From assembly GCA_964187785.1 (NCBI GenBank), contig OZ076409.1, positions 60,762,001 to 60,826,000 on the forward strand: 64,000 nucleotides of DNA, written 5' to 3'. Under the pieces are notes generated by a model. The model made no database searches. It saw only the letters and a list, made by a program, of their open reading frames with translations, and had not been told where the DNA came from. This DNA is from Amphiscolops sp. MND2022 (taxonomy: Eukaryota). Shown piece after piece: positions 63,100 to 64,000 of this stretch. The position numbers were made by a program, and so were the translations under genes. Position 1 is the first letter of the stretch, and each line of letters begins with the position of its first letter.

Positions 63100-64000
63100 A
63101 GTTCTGCAACACGAAATGTGAAAAAAAAACGAAAACTGAATGAAAATTTTCGCAAAGTTTTGATGCTTTTTTTCGAAAAACATTTTTTCTGTAAGTCGCA
63201 TAGTGTCAAAAAATGCCAAAGGGGAGGCCTTTCGGTATTTCTTGTACCTTTGCAATTATTAAAAATTTGTCTAGCGCGGTATTCGAACCCACATACACGC
63301 AGAGGAACTCACTCGCCTCGTACAGAAATTCGTTTTGACCTCCAAGCCAAGCGGTAGGTAGTGTCACTATTGGCAGAACTCTATAAGTACGACACCAGAT
63401 TTTGGTAGAAACGAGCAGAAAATGAAAAATCCCTGACAAAAATTTTTCGTTCAAGGAAACAAAAAATAAACAAGCTGGGAACGGCCAGTCGGCACACGGG
63501 CCAAAGTTCAAAAAAGCAAGGTATTTTGAATATGAGAAGGAACACTATTAAGAAAGTTTTTCTCAAATTTACGATGCCAAAAAGATACCCGGAGGGATAT
63601 CCATGAGACTCGAAAATCCGTTCTCGCCCTAACTAGAGAAACCAAAAAATCCAATTCTCATGCTACCGAAGACCCCTCTGAGTTAGCAAAACGCTTTATC
63701 CTAGCCAGAACGTTTCCTTAAAATGAAGGAGGAGTTCTTAAAAAAGAAGGAGGGTACCCTTTGACCGTATGAAAGTTGTTTCCGAAAAAAAAGACGCTAG
63801 TGCCTAAAAAAATCGTAGCTTTCTACAATTATTGAGGAAACTATCGTCAGTCCCACAGGATCAGAAAATAACCAAAGAGGTCACCCTCAAGACGCGGAAA
63901 ACAGTTTTCGTCTACAGAGAACCTCAAAAAATTGAAAATTATTTTTTTTCCGAAATTTTTTCCGATAAGTCTTAGTTCTGAAAAACTCTAAGGCGCCCCT
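63100..64000 (-). mobile_element. Degenerate HINE family 1 fragments
   Basis: AAGTCGCATAGTG core units, ATTCGAACCC at about 63281 and a terminus AAACAAGCTGGGAACGGCCAGTCGGCAC at about 63468; boundaries approximate. Confidence 0.5.

Noticed and set aside
351..63566. Numerous 60-140 aa Phe/Lys-rich ORFs with KGSP/GDPL motifs
   Set aside because: Translations of HINE tandem units and AT-rich DNA, with no domain signatures.

Overview
AT-rich, repeat-dense genomic DNA from an animal (probably an invertebrate); no prokaryotic features or CRISPR arrays. Two host genes lie on the + strand. (1) A divergent kexin/furin-family proprotein convertase with six well-supported GT-AG exons (30164-51354: oxyanion Asn, catalytic Ser, P domain), probably continued by phase-1 exons to 57202 that encode a hydrophobic segment and two KR-preceded peptide repeats; its 5' exons (catalytic Asp/His) are not visible in the window. 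(2) An intronless class III POU homeobox gene (58544-60541). The rest is mostly non-autonomous mobile DNA: many copies of a Helentron/Helitron2-type element (HINE/DINE-1 architecture) whose terminal hairpins covary, a second HINE-like family carrying a tRNA-like cassette, Tc1/mariner-, piggyBac- and Tourist-type MITEs, a foldback element, a decayed LINE nested in a MITE, tRNA-derived Pol III heads, and a 2.58 kb tandem duplication that preserves an empty and a filled HINE insertion site. All calls were made by eye; no database searches were run.
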